56,188 nucleotides of DNA. Source: a virus. Lineage: Duplodnaviria; Caudoviricetes. The stretch is taken from positions 1-56,188 of IMG/VR virus record IMGVR_UViG_3300030329_001842, one strand, 5' to 3'. The notes beneath the pieces were generated by a model. It had not been told where the DNA came from. It saw only the letters and a list, made by a program, of their open reading frames with translations, and searched no databases. Within the stretch, counting starts at the first letter, position 1. The number at the start of each line of letters is the position of its first letter. Below, piece after piece: positions 27,585 through 39,500 of the stretch. The position numbers were made by a program, and so were the translations under genes.

Positions 27585-27929
27585 ATGTCAGAAATATGGA
27601 CAATAGAAGAATTGAAATCGTTAACTACAGAAGTTCAAACTAAAGATATTGAATACCGTGGTAAGACCCTAACAATACAATGGTGTGAGTTAACAGAAGC
27701 AGAAGAACCAAAAATGAACCTCCCTGATGATGAAGCAGGAGAGGAAGAAAAAAACAAAGCATACCAGAAAATTGGTGTTGCTAAAGTTTTGGCTATGATA
27801 GAGAAAGCAAATGAAATGAATCCAGAAGGTAAGACTTTAGATTCAGATGCTTGGGAACATCTACCATCCACTTTGAGATACAACTTAAGTGCAGTCGTTC
27901 TTGGTGGTGACACGAAGTCGGATTTTTAG
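27585..27929 (+). CDS. tail assembly chaperone (G-like)
   Basis: Position before the tape measure; ends at a slippery site. Confidence 0.7.
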   Translation: MSEIWTIEELKSLTTEVQTKDIEYRGKTLTIQWCELTEAEEPKMNLPDDEAGEEEKNKAYQKIGVAKVLAMIEKANEMNPEGKTLDSDAWEHLPSTLRYNLSAVVLGGDTKSDF

Positions 27930-27948
27930 ATTGGGCGGAAAACGCCCA
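27920..27948 (+). other. programmed -1 ribosomal frameshift signal
   Basis: G-GAT-TTT heptamer at 27920-26; TGGGCG-GAAAA-CGCCCA hairpin 5 nt downstream; -1 frame open to 28231. Confidence 0.7.
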
Positions 27949-27955
27949 CGAGTTA

Positions 27956-28231
27956 GTGAATCTTTGGATTCCTCTGATGGAAAAACTCAATATGAGTTGG
28001 TCCGAAATAAAGCAAACGCCCCGTCATGAATTACAAATGTTGTTAACAGGTTTAAGTAACTACAACATATTACATTCTTTTGATGGATATGATTCAGATG
28101 ATGTAAGTCAGTTAGCTAAGGATAAACCTAAAGTTAGACAAGATTATAATAAATATAGGGCAATGCAAGATAGGTTCGGAAAAAAGAAAAAACCTGTCGC
28201 TTTTAGCGATTTGGTAGGCGGAACAAAATAA
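27956..28231 (+). CDS. tail assembly chaperone extension (T-like, made as a frameshift fusion)
   Basis: In the -1 frame relative to 27585..27929 and open from the slippery site; GTG start with no clear SD. Confidence 0.65.
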   Translation: MNLWIPLMEKLNMSWSEIKQTPRHELQMLLTGLSNYNILHSFDGYDSDDVSQLAKDKPKVRQDYNKYRAMQDRFGKKKKPVAFSDLVGGTK

Positions 28232-28232
28232 A

Positions 28233-30956
28233 ATGGCAAGTTTAACGGGTCTAGCATTCCAGATTGATTTCCTCGTAGGCCGAGGTTCGAGAAGGAACGC
28301 GGTTAGCACCGTTAAAGACACCATTGACCAAATTAACTTAGTTGCTAAACAAGGTGCAACAAAAGCTTCTGCTGATAGAAGAACAAAATTAGAAAGAGAT
28401 TTAAATGAATTAGGCGAAATTTCTTCACAGTCTACCAATAAACTTATGGCAGGACGTGAAGCAGCCGCTAAATCTATGGCTTCAAGAGTTGCAAAGACAG
28501 CGTCAGCTATGACTAGGAAAGCTAAGACTGATACTAGTGGTTTAGATGAAGTAGGTAAGAAAACCAAGTCTGTAGCAAATCAAATGAAACAAGCATTTAG
28601 AGGATTAAATGCTGAACTTAAAGATAGAGGAATAACACAATTAGCTGGTACAGGATTTGGTTCTTATAAAACTACCATGGATTATGCAAGTAGGGAAAGA
28701 GAAGAAAGAGAACAGATATTAGCTATTGAACAACAAATAGTTAATTCTAAAAAGGCAGCTGGTAAAGAAACTGAAGCAGAAGTCAGAATGTTACAATTAA
28801 TGAAGGACTTTGAAGCTGAACTTTTAGCTTTAGAAAAAGAAGATAAAGCTACTCAAGCAGAAATTAATAAACTTCAGAAACAGTATATGAAAGATTTCTA
28901 TGAGTTAGAACGTGCAGAAGCAGCTCATATTAGAGAAACTATACAATTAAGGAGAGAAGCAGGAGACCAGATTAGTAGAATGACAGACCAAATTGGTACA
29001 TCATTACGTAATGCCTTTGTTTATTCCACTGCTGCTGTCGCTGCTTTCTATTATAAGTTAAACGATGTTCTTACTACATTTAAAGATTTTGAAAATGAAT
29101 TGATTAATGCTCAATCTATTTTCCAAACAACACAAGAAACATTATTCGGATTATCAGACCAAATTGCAACTTTTGGATTACAATATGGTATTGAATTACA
29201 AAATGCAACAACTGGTCTTTATCAACTTGCTTCGGCAGGTTTAAGCGCTAATGATTCAGCTGAAGTATTAAATAACACACTTTTACTATCTATGGCTGTT
29301 CAAGGAGACCATAATACCATTTCTAAGTTAACTACACAGACTATTTTTGGTTTTGGTATGGAAATGTCTCAGAGTTCTGAACTTGTAGATAAGTTTGCAC
29401 ACGCTATTAACAAGTCTTTAATTGAATACCAAGATTTAGCTAGTGCTGTTAAGTTCGCTATGCCTTTCTTCGTATCCACAGGCCAGAGCGTAGACCAATT
29501 ACTAGGTTCTTTGCAAGTATTAACTAACCGTGCTTTAGAAGCAGGTATTGCAGGTCGTGGTTTAAGACAGGCTTTAGCAGAGTTCGCTGAAGGAGCAGAA
29601 GATAATACAAGAGCATTTAGAAAGATGGGTATTGAAATTGTCAATACTGACGGTACCTTCAAACAACTAACAGAGATAGCACGTGATTTCCACGATACTT
29701 TCGGTGCTACATCTACAGACGTAGAATTAATGACCACATTGTTAGACGACTTAAACGTCCGTGGTGCTACAGCGTTTGTTCACTTAGTACAAAACGTAGA
29801 TGAATTTGAAGGAGCTGTTAATGACCTTCAAAATTCTGCGGGGTCAGCGGCAGAAATGGCAGAGATACAACAACAATCTTTAACTAATCAAATACAAATT
29901 CTTAAAAACGCACTATTGGCTCCATTTATCATTGGCGACGAGATTGGTAAAGCCCATGGTTATATAAATGAATTTCATATGACATTACATAACATGATTC
30001 AAACATTCTCTGATTTGATATATGTTGTATTGCCTGATGGTACTTGGCAGCTTACTGAACTAGGTCAAGGTTTGAAAACCTTTGTTATAGAGGCTTTTAA
30101 ACAATTAACAGTTTTACTTAAAGGAGGAATGAATCTATTCAAAGATATGGGTAAGCATGTTCAAACTGCTACTGGATTCTTTAATATGATATTAGTTCCT
30201 TTAAAGATAGTTGTTGGTCTTATGGACTTCTTAGGTACTGCTGGTATGCAATTTGTACTTACGATGAGATTATTAAATAATGTTTTACCAGTGTCTACAG
30301 CAATGCTTTGGGCAAACACAGCAGCTGAAATTGCTTCTATGGAAGCTACAATGGCAGATACTACAGCAATACAAATGAAAAAGACAGCATTAATGGGAAT
30401 GATAGTGGCTCAGACCGCGGCTTTCGTAGGTATGGGTTTTATGGCTTATGCTACTATACAGATGGCTAAAGGTAATGAAGGATTAGCAACGACCTTTTCT
30501 GTATTAGGTGGTGCAATATTTGGTGTAGCAGTGGCTACGCAAGCGTTAAAAGCTGCTGGAATGGGCGGTCCAGCTGCATTCTTTACAGCAGCAGCAGCCG
30601 GTGCAGTAGCTGGTTACGCTTATATGAGATTAATGAAAGATATGATGGCAGCACCAGTATTACCAGAAGTTGAACCATTGGATTTATCAGGATTTGGTGC
30701 TCAAACAGATGAAACATTTGATACAGGTGGAAGAATTCCTATGTATGATACAGGTGGTAGACCTAACCATAGGGCAGTTATGGTAGAACCCGGAGAATCA
30801 ATTATATCAAAAACAATGAACATGGCTGACAGTATGGGTAACGAACAAATTAAGATAGTAATCGAAGGTGATGTTTATGATGGGGATAATTTTGCAGAAA
30901 AAGTGGCAGAAGCTTTACCAGCTTCATTACGATTACAATCAAGGAGAGGATATTAA
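28233..30956 (+). CDS. tail tape measure protein (TP901-like core)
   Basis: GLYQLASAGL, LTNRALEAGIAGRGLRQ, GSAAEMAE; hydrophobic C-terminal helices; FDTGG. Confidence 0.9.
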   Translation: MASLTGLAFQIDFLVGRGSRRNAVSTVKDTIDQINLVAKQGATKASADRRTKLERDLNELGEISSQSTNKLMAGREAAAKSMASRVAKTASAMTRKAKTDTSGLDEVGKKTKSVANQMKQAFRGLNAELKDRGITQLAGTGFGSYKTTMDYASREREEREQILAIEQQIVNSKKAAGKETEAEVRMLQLMKDFEAELLALEKEDKATQAEINKLQKQYMKDFYELERAEAAHIRETIQLRREAGDQISRMTDQIGTSLRNAFVYSTAAVAAFYYKLNDVLTTFKDFENELINAQSIFQTTQETLFGLSDQIATFGLQYGIELQNATTGLYQLASAGLSANDSAEVLNNTLLLSMAVQGDHNTISKLTTQTIFGFGMEMSQSSELVDKFAHAINKSLIEYQDLASAVKFAMPFFVSTGQSVDQLLGSLQVLTNRALEAGIAGRGLRQALAEFAEGAEDNTRAFRKMGIEIVNTDGTFKQLTEIARDFHDTFGATSTDVELMTTLLDDLNVRGATAFVHLVQNVDEFEGAVNDLQNSAGSAAEMAEIQQQSLTNQIQILKNALLAPFIIGDEIGKAHGYINEFHMTLHNMIQTFSDLIYVVLPDGTWQLTELGQGLKTFVIEAFKQLTVLLKGGMNLFKDMGKHVQTATGFFNMILVPLKIVVGLMDFLGTAGMQFVLTMRLLNNVLPVSTAMLWANTAAEIASMEATMADTTAIQMKKTALMGMIVAQTAAFVGMGFMAYATIQMAKGNEGLATTFSVLGGAIFGVAVATQALKAAGMGGPAAFFTAAAAGAVAGYAYMRLMKDMMAAPVLPEVEPLDLSGFGAQTDETFDTGGRIPMYDTGGRPNHRAVMVEPGESIISKTMNMADSMGNEQIKIVIEGDVYDGDNFAEKVAEALPASLRLQSRRGY

Positions 30957-33900
30957 TGGCATATTTTTATAGATATACAGACGTAGTAAGAAACCCAGAC
31001 GAGGTTTTCGACATGCAATTGAATGGAACTTATGGTGATTTATCAAGTGGTGATTCACCAATAATTAAAGTAAATCCCGGATTTACAGATTCTAATTTAG
31101 CTTTATTCCAATTTCCGATTGCTCCAAAATATAAATTTGGACATGGAGAAATATCAGGATTTAGTATGAAATTTAGAACATTACCAGACGATGTAGACGA
31201 TACATCTAATTTACAAGGTACACAAAAATTCGGTTTATATAACGTTTATTTACACAAAAAAGGAGCAGCCTTTCAAGGAGGTAAAAATGGTAATGTTCAA
31301 CAATTAGGAGAACTTAGTGCCTACTCAATGGCTAACCAATATGCTGCTGATGCTAACGTAAGATGGCAACCTATGGATATGATGGCCTATTTAACATCAA
31401 TGGACGACGCTTTCCCTAATTATAAAGGGTTTTATGAAGATTTTGAAGGAACCTCAGATGTAGATACCACTATTGATGTAACTCAGGGAGCCGTTCGTAA
31501 AAAGGGAGACCCATATATTACATTAGATGTTGCATATGAAAGTGCAGCAAGACAAGCAGCTGGCTCAAGAATGAGTAAATTAGAATTATCTGTCTTCTAT
31601 GGCAGTGATTTTAATGGACAGCGTATTATTAAATTAAAAGAAGATGGTAAAAAGTGGAAACCTCTGAATAAACGAGGTGTAGGAGGTTTGGGTCCAGCAT
31701 GGGGTTCAGCGTTAGGTACTAGCGGCCCGGAAACTCAACTAAGAAATCCGGGGTCAAGGCAAGATACTGATGACAGACTTATAACTGGTGCAGCTACATA
31801 TGGAACTGGAACTACAGCTGGAGCACATGCATTAATGACTACAGGAGGGCGTTCAGCTGGTGGACACGGTCAATTATTAACTAAAGCAGGTGAAGTAGAT
31901 TATAGAGGAAAGGGAGGAAAATCATTTAAACCGGGTTATTATCAAAAAGCTGTTGATAAAGTATTTGGAGGCCAATTAAGAACAGGTACTGCTGCTAATA
32001 CTGGTAAAACAGGTAAGGCAATTAAAGTTGCAAAGTTTGGTGGTAAAAAAGTTCCAGTTGTAGGTGCATTTATTACAGCAGCATTTACTCTGTCTGATGT
32101 TAAGAAAAGAAAATATGACTTAAGAGATGCTGAAGCGAGTGGAGATGCTTCAGGTTTAGCAAGGCCAATGAGAGACCCTGTTTGGTACTCAAAAGCTTCA
32201 TGGAAAAATGCACATGTAGGTGAAAAGAGTATAGAATCACATATTAAATATTCTTATGAGACTGTTTTAAATCCTCTAGAACAAAAAGATTCACAAGCAA
32301 TAACAACTACGTCCTCATGGTGGGACCAAGTAAGAGAAGTAACTGATTACGCTAAAAGTGAAGTTACCACAGATGGTGTAGAAATAGCTTATGTAGGTGG
32401 TGAGGACATGGCAGCAAAATCATCTATAAATTTCCACACAGGTGATTCAATATCAGGACAATCTATGGAAATGAGAGCGTATTGTGATTATGATGCAAAT
32501 CAATTACCAAGAAATCAAGAAGCTATGAATTTTTCTTCTGGAAGAGTTTCAGAACAACAGGACATCTTTGTTTCTAAAAGATTACCAACACCAAAAACAA
32601 TGTTTGCTACTAAAACAGGTGCAACTGGACATATTACAGCAGATGCAGGTAATAGATGGGAATTATCATTAGATTTAAAAGTAGCTAACGGTTGGACACC
32701 ATATACATATGCTTATAATGGTGTTTCTGATTTTCGTAATAGTTTAAGAAGAACTATAGCAATTACCTTCGGTTCACATAAACCAGAAGAAAATCAAACT
32801 TTAGCAGATTATATAGAATCCTTTACAGACGGTAGTGGTAATTATACTGCTGCTAAGAAAATTACTGGCATATATATGATGCCATCTATGGATTTCAGTA
32901 ATGGTGTAGCATCTGATGTACATATAAATCCAATATCAACATATAGTTGGAGCGGTTCTGCTGTAGAAAATACAGCTACATTAGATTGGGGACTTGGCTC
33001 TTTTGCTAACGACCAAATTTTACAAACAAATACAACAAATGGTACGTATGGATGTAAAATATCTACTGGAAAATGGATGAGATTAAAATTTTCTACCACA
33101 CCTCTTGGAGCAGCTGGCGTTATTGCTAATGGTACTGGTAGTGGTGACACTCTAGATGGTAATAGAGCTAAACATCAGGGTAGATTTTGGTTAACAATAC
33201 ATGACCCAGATACTGATGAAGTTGTAGATGTGTCGTCAACTGATGATACAAATGCTGGTTATGGTACAACTTCAAAAGGACCAATAAATTTAACAGCCCC
33301 AAGTGACCCTATTAATGCTTTTGGTAATCAAGCAAGTACTTATAGGTATGCACACAACATAGGATTTCACGATGGTAGAGATGCAGACGGTGCTGGTACA
33401 GGTGCTGGTAACCCAGACGACCATTGTATATGGACTCCTTATTTTACAATATGGGTTTGTAACCATAGATGGAATGTAACAGGTTCTTCATCTTTTGATA
33501 TAGCTAAAAAAGGTAGTAGCAATGGTACAGCTGATAATGTATATAAACATGATGTATTTCAAAAAGCAGCTATTAAATCTGACCAATCAGTAGACCTTCA
33601 TGGATTAGTTCCAGATACTTATTATAAGAATGCTAATTTATCTGATATGAGATTATTAGTAGACCAGATTGCTTTAAAAGGTGTTGAACCAGACGTGGTA
33701 AACTTATCAGTTAATGACCAAAACGTTTCATCAGCTCAGGAAAATATATTTAATAGACATAATTCAAAATTATCAAAATACTATGTTGATGCAGCAACTA
33801 CATCCAATGCTTATTTTTATCAAGATGCTATAGGTACACCTTCTTATAGTACAAAACAGAAAGATATACAACATAAGGTAAACATGCCAACAGTGTTATC

Positions 33901-36508
33901 TTTAGGTTTCACTTTAAACGCAGCTTATAATTGGAACAATAATCTCGCATCTGAATCAGGTGGAGATACACACGGTGCTTGTTCTACAACTAAACCGACT
34001 TTCTTATTATTTAATGATTTTATATGTAAGGACCTTATACCTACAGCTATAGCAGATGATTATTTAGCGGCTTCATATTCTTCAGCAACGACAGGAGGAT
34101 GGGAAGCTGATGGCTCTTGGGATGGAAAACACAGATTATGTGGAGACCCAATTGATTTGTTTGGTAGATTAGGTTCTTCTACAGCAGCTAATCCATTTGT
34201 TGCTTCTCAATTAGGTAATTTAAGTATAGGAAATACCGTAGGTAATGATATAGTTACAGGTAATTCAGAAACAGATGCTTGGGATAGAAACAGAAGTACT
34301 AGTCATAAACTATACATGAATAATTTCCAAAATAAAGGATTTTTACAATTTCAAAAAGATTTAATTGATGCAGGAACATTCAGTTCAAATGATAAAGGAT
34401 GGATAAGAAGAGAAAATATTTACGCTTCTACACACGTTATTAAAGCCAAAGAAATATCAGCATCAACAGCTAAATTAACTGTTTCACAACCAGATGCTCT
34501 ATATTTTAACACTATAATCGACGAAGATAGTGATAACGGCCACGAATTATTTATTTTATATCAGTATGGTAGACCATTATCTTTTGCTACAGATACAGGA
34601 GATACAAATGGTGAAAATATGGGTACATGTGCTGTAGGAACTATAGAAAGAGATGGTGATGAATATATATTTACTAAAGTAAAAACACATGCTTCTCAAT
34701 CAGCTAATAATGAATGGCAAGGTTATTCTAACGGCCATTGTGGAGAAGGAGGAGATTTAGAGGTAATACTTGAAGAAAAGAATATGGCAAGAATGATGAT
34801 ATCACCATACAGATGTTGGTTAGATATACAAATAGGTTTAGGACCTAATGGTGCAGCTGCATCAGATGAAGAGGTTTTAGACGGCTATAAACCACGAGGT
34901 TATGGTAGTATAGTTCCTGTAAAAAGACCACGTAAGGCAGGTACAGACGCTACATATGGTGGTTTTGCAATGGGACCTACTTTTAACGAAAGTAGATGGT
35001 ATGTTAATTCATCAGACCAGAATCCATATTATGCGAAAGCGTCGTATGATATTCAAGAGACAGATACTGCTTATTATAAAGAATTAGATTTCGGTTTTGG
35101 TGCATATAATGCTGAGACAGGGCAAGGAGGACAAGTTACTAATTTCAGACCTGATTACAATAGAAATCATATTAGTTTAGATAATTTATTAGTTGGAAAG
35201 GGAGAACTTTCTCAAGCTTATGGTAAACCAATATCATTTATTATTTCACCAAGTGGAGGTGGAGACCAAAAAGCAAATGCAATGTTTATGCATTCTTCTA
35301 ACACAACAAATAATCATGAGAAACCTCAATTTGTTACAGAGTTCTTTGATGAAATTCCACCTAATCCGGGATTAACTGTAGAACCATATGAAGAAGACCA
35401 GCATAAACCTCATTTCAGATTTGCAATAGGTGGAGAAGATATATGGCATAGTTTCTTAATGGTCGATAATGTACCAATTACAAGCAAATTCCACAGAATG
35501 GTAGCTTATGCACCATTAAATGAGGATTTAGATAATTGGGAAGCTAATGTTACTTATGATACAGCAAGTACTCCGGCACAAATTAAATGTTATAATCATG
35601 AAGATTTTATAGGTAGAGAAATGATTGGTAAAACTTCATCTGGTGACATTGTAAATAAATTATCATATCAAACATCAAATGGTTTTTATAATGGTAGTGG
35701 TGGAGGCTGGGCTTTTACTGATGACACTTGTGAGGGTTTAGCTGGACATGCAAAATTAGGAGGAGGAGAATTTTTATACGGATTATATCCTTCTCAGACA
35801 GACACTGGTTATGTACCTAATACAAAAACTAATTACAGAACACATTTCACAGCACAGGGAATATTTACATTTAATTCATCTATGAGCACTAATAATTATA
35901 CTATGATGGCTCATGGAGCTGATACAGCACCACATTGGATGGTGTATTATGATGGCACAAATAAGCAGGTGGTAGCAAGAGCTTATTGGAGCGGTACAGG
36001 ATATGTAGAGCTTAAATCAACTACTGCCCCATTATTAGATGATGTTACACCAATGCATGTAGCTATAGTATTAGACACAGAGCTACTTGAAAGTAACTTT
36101 AAATTATATATTAATGGTGTTTTAGAAGACCAGACAGGTAAAGCTTTAGCAACTGGTACAACTAATAATTGGGATTATGGTGAATTATTATTACATACAG
36201 CTAATTCAATGTTAGTAGTGGGTAATGCTATGGGTACTGTACCAGAAGGTTCTTTAGCTACCATAGAATGGACTGGTAAGGTTGAGGAAATATTAGTACA
36301 CTCTTTACCTTTATATTTCTTCCCTAATGGAACTGATAATTATGTTTATAATAAAGAATTAGAGGAAGTTATGAATACTTTATCAGGTGAAGCTCAATCA
36401 TATCATGCTAAGTTGTTTACTATGGATTATCATAATATAAGAGACCCAGTAGCATCTTCACCTAATGTATCATGGAAGATACCATCATTCAATATAGACG
36501 GAACGTGA
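30956..36508 (+). CDS. large tail protein (1850 aa) with C-terminal LamG/concanavalin-like domain
   Basis: MHVAIV...KLYINGVL...WTGKVEEI LamG pattern; follows the tape measure. Confidence 0.75.
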   Translation: MAYFYRYTDVVRNPDEVFDMQLNGTYGDLSSGDSPIIKVNPGFTDSNLALFQFPIAPKYKFGHGEISGFSMKFRTLPDDVDDTSNLQGTQKFGLYNVYLHKKGAAFQGGKNGNVQQLGELSAYSMANQYAADANVRWQPMDMMAYLTSMDDAFPNYKGFYEDFEGTSDVDTTIDVTQGAVRKKGDPYITLDVAYESAARQAAGSRMSKLELSVFYGSDFNGQRIIKLKEDGKKWKPLNKRGVGGLGPAWGSALGTSGPETQLRNPGSRQDTDDRLITGAATYGTGTTAGAHALMTTGGRSAGGHGQLLTKAGEVDYRGKGGKSFKPGYYQKAVDKVFGGQLRTGTAANTGKTGKAIKVAKFGGKKVPVVGAFITAAFTLSDVKKRKYDLRDAEASGDASGLARPMRDPVWYSKASWKNAHVGEKSIESHIKYSYETVLNPLEQKDSQAITTTSSWWDQVREVTDYAKSEVTTDGVEIAYVGGEDMAAKSSINFHTGDSISGQSMEMRAYCDYDANQLPRNQEAMNFSSGRVSEQQDIFVSKRLPTPKTMFATKTGATGHITADAGNRWELSLDLKVANGWTPYTYAYNGVSDFRNSLRRTIAITFGSHKPEENQTLADYIESFTDGSGNYTAAKKITGIYMMPSMDFSNGVASDVHINPISTYSWSGSAVENTATLDWGLGSFANDQILQTNTTNGTYGCKISTGKWMRLKFSTTPLGAAGVIANGTGSGDTLDGNRAKHQGRFWLTIHDPDTDEVVDVSSTDDTNAGYGTTSKGPINLTAPSDPINAFGNQASTYRYAHNIGFHDGRDADGAGTGAGNPDDHCIWTPYFTIWVCNHRWNVTGSSSFDIAKKGSSNGTADNVYKHDVFQKAAIKSDQSVDLHGLVPDTYYKNANLSDMRLLVDQIALKGVEPDVVNLSVNDQNVSSAQENIFNRHNSKLSKYYVDAATTSNAYFYQDAIGTPSYSTKQKDIQHKVNMPTVLSLGFTLNAAYNWNNNLASESGGDTHGACSTTKPTFLLFNDFICKDLIPTAIADDYLAASYSSATTGGWEADGSWDGKHRLCGDPIDLFGRLGSSTAANPFVASQLGNLSIGNTVGNDIVTGNSETDAWDRNRSTSHKLYMNNFQNKGFLQFQKDLIDAGTFSSNDKGWIRRENIYASTHVIKAKEISASTAKLTVSQPDALYFNTIIDEDSDNGHELFILYQYGRPLSFATDTGDTNGENMGTCAVGTIERDGDEYIFTKVKTHASQSANNEWQGYSNGHCGEGGDLEVILEEKNMARMMISPYRCWLDIQIGLGPNGAAASDEEVLDGYKPRGYGSIVPVKRPRKAGTDATYGGFAMGPTFNESRWYVNSSDQNPYYAKASYDIQETDTAYYKELDFGFGAYNAETGQGGQVTNFRPDYNRNHISLDNLLVGKGELSQAYGKPISFIISPSGGGDQKANAMFMHSSNTTNNHEKPQFVTEFFDEIPPNPGLTVEPYEEDQHKPHFRFAIGGEDIWHSFLMVDNVPITSKFHRMVAYAPLNEDLDNWEANVTYDTASTPAQIKCYNHEDFIGREMIGKTSSGDIVNKLSYQTSNGFYNGSGGGWAFTDDTCEGLAGHAKLGGGEFLYGLYPSQTDTGYVPNTKTNYRTHFTAQGIFTFNSSMSTNNYTMMAHGADTAPHWMVYYDGTNKQVVARAYWSGTGYVELKSTTAPLLDDVTPMHVAIVLDTELLESNFKLYINGVLEDQTGKALATGTTNNWDYGELLLHTANSMLVVGNAMGTVPEGSLATIEWTGKVEEILVHSLPLYFFPNGTDNYVYNKELEEVMNTLSGEAQSYHAKLFTMDYHNIRDPVASSPNVSWKIPSFNIDGT

Positions 36509-36512
36509 TAAA

Positions 36513-39500
36513 ATGGCAACATCAATAATTAAATGTTATGACACAGAAGAAAATGCAATAAACGGGGGCGCTGAAGGATTAATAGCATCCTCTACAAACG
36601 TAGATAGTTACCCCTTTGCTTTTACAGTTAATAGTATAGGTAATGGTATATACAACAGAGCAGACCATGTACCATTCTTTATATTTACTAGATATTTTTT
36701 TAGATTTGAATCTAATGACCCTGTAATAGCTTTCCATGTAGATTGGGACGATGGAGAAGATAATTCTGATAATAGAAATAATTTTGAAATCGTAGAAGTA
36801 GATGGAGCTGTAGGTTTTTACGCAGTTACAGGACATATATATTCGAAAATAGGTACGTTTTGGCCTATGATAAGAGCAGAAAGTGAAGAAGGATTTGTTT
36901 CTAAATGGTATACAAACGATAATAATACAGGATATAAACACAGAATGTATAATAAAGTAGCTACAGCTACAGATACTGTACCACATGGAAGACAGGATAC
37001 ATTTGGAGTTAGAGAAGAAAAAACGAGCGATATATCTAGTACTACTGGATTTCGTATACCACACATGCGTCCTGCCAACTTACCTCCTATAGCGGTTATT
37101 AAAACAGATAATAAAAGAGTATTTGCAGGTATAGACAACGAACAGATAGATTTTAGAAGTGGTCAGAAACCATTATTATATGCATGGAGTGATTCTACTG
37201 CAATAACTAATGCAGGTGATGAAGGTGGTACTTGTAATATTAGAGTAACAATGGAAGTTGAAGGTGACGACGACGCTCAAGTTAGAGAATACACATTACC
37301 AGTTCAAAATGATACAAGATTACTCAGTTCTAATTGGGATGAAAATGACATAAGAGATGATTGTGCACCACAAGGTGGATTGTTTGGTGCAGGTGCAATA
37401 GAAACACAGACTATTAGATTTGATGCAGGTGATACAGCTGGTGTAGACATAAATGGTACACCTACAAGCAGTGCAAGTTTTAACGAAAAATTTATTAAGA
37501 TAGCAGGTGGTACCGCCGGTATAACTAGTACGAATTTTATTGTACAATTTAAACATGCAGCCGTAGCTCAATCAGCGACGTTAGTTTGTGGAGATTCTAC
37601 TCCGGGAGCTATGGGAAATGCTGGTTCAGGTACAGCACCTTATATTGATTTACGTTCTGCACTAAATGGTACACACAGATTTTGGTTGAATTGTTCAGGT
37701 TCTAACACAGCACCATCAGCACCATCATCTGGTTTCCTTGAAGAAATTGATATTAGTAGTGACGCAAACGCTAACGCTATTGCTGCTACTATTGATTCTG
37801 CCATTGAAAATGGTATAACTATTAGTGATATGAGCGGTGGTACAACAACAAGTGACCAGTTCTCATCCTCTGTAGTTGATAACAGAGTTACAATAACACA
37901 TGCTGCTGGCTATGTATCACATGATACACATCCATGGACTTTAAATAATTTAGCGGGGGGTTCGGCATCTTCTCTTACAACAGACACAGTAGGAGAAGCG
38001 GCAGGAGGTGATTCTTCTTTAGGAGGTCACACACTTCTAACTGTAGAATTTACAAGTGGTGACAGTGCTAATACTTTAGCTTCTTTAACTGCTACAGCAA
38101 TTAACGCTAATGCTAATTTTACAGCTTCAGCAGATACAAATACAGTGTCTTACAGTCCAGTGGTTACTGGAAATATGGTTGATGCCGACAATAGTACTAC
38201 TAATGGTTCTAACAATACACAAGATGTACCTAGTTTAACACTTGCAACAACAGCAGCAGGTTCTTCCTCTACAGGAAGTATAAATCCATCAAGAAGATTA
38301 TTCAAAGCTAAGTTAAATGATATAGATACTTTAGCAGATAACGATAGAGTATATATTAAAGTTCACAATTTCGATTTAGATACCGATGGTACAGCAAGTC
38401 CAGATAGTGGTCTAGACAATACTGTAGCTATATTATCTAATGGTAATCCTATAGTAGAATTAAATGACCGATTAAGTAAGGTTTTATTAGATGGTGGTGA
38501 AAGTCACACTAGAGCTGGAAATACAGTAATTAAAAATTATTATTTTGATTTAGATAAAAATCTTATTACATCTGGAGGTGCAGCAATCAGCTCGACAAGT
38601 GTATCTAATAGTGTAGGTGAACTAACAGGTAAATTCTCTGATTACTTTAACAATTTTAATGATTATACTAAAGAAACAACATACACTCACCATAACCTAG
38701 GGTTTTCTACTGATTCTGATGGTAGATTCGAAGGGTTTTCACGATTATGTAGATTACAAGTTGAAGACGATTCTGCCAGATTCTTATTAGACACGGCAGC
38801 AAACGAAGGATGCGCTATCACGAGGTCTATAATAGATTTAACAGAAAGTAGACACCCTGAGCAAATAATTAGAGTTAGATTGAATGCTAGAAAAAGTTAT
38901 ACTAAAGGAGCTGTTTTAACACAAGCTAGTACAGGAGCTACTGGTACTGTATATCGTAGTACTTTTAATCAGAACTATGTTGATTTACACAAACAGTCGA
39001 AAGTATCAAATTTTGATGCAAGTGGTACAGCAATCACAGTATCATCTAATGCCTTAGTTAGTAATATAACTGGTGACGATGATGACGGATATCCATTGGC
39101 GTTAAGTAGTGGTAGTCTCAGATTGATAGATAATTTCTTTGAAAATGGAACTAATCAATTCTTAATTCAATCAACAAATCAAAGTGGACTTTCTAATAAC
39201 TCTGCTAATTTCCCATCTTCTAATACAACTACATTAGATGGTGCAATATTAGCTGGTGCAAATCCTACTACATCTTTCGATTTAACTAGTGCTTCAGGAA
39301 TATTCATAGGTGATATATTAAAAATCAATAACGCTGAGTTAGTTAAGGTAACAGCTATATCTTCTAATACAATAACTGTAAAAAGAGGATATCATGGTAC
39401 TACTATCGCTGCTGCAAGTGATGATGATAGTGTAAAAAGAGCAGCACCTAATTGGGGAGGTGTTTCAGGCTTTAATGATGATGGTACCAATCCTATTTCT

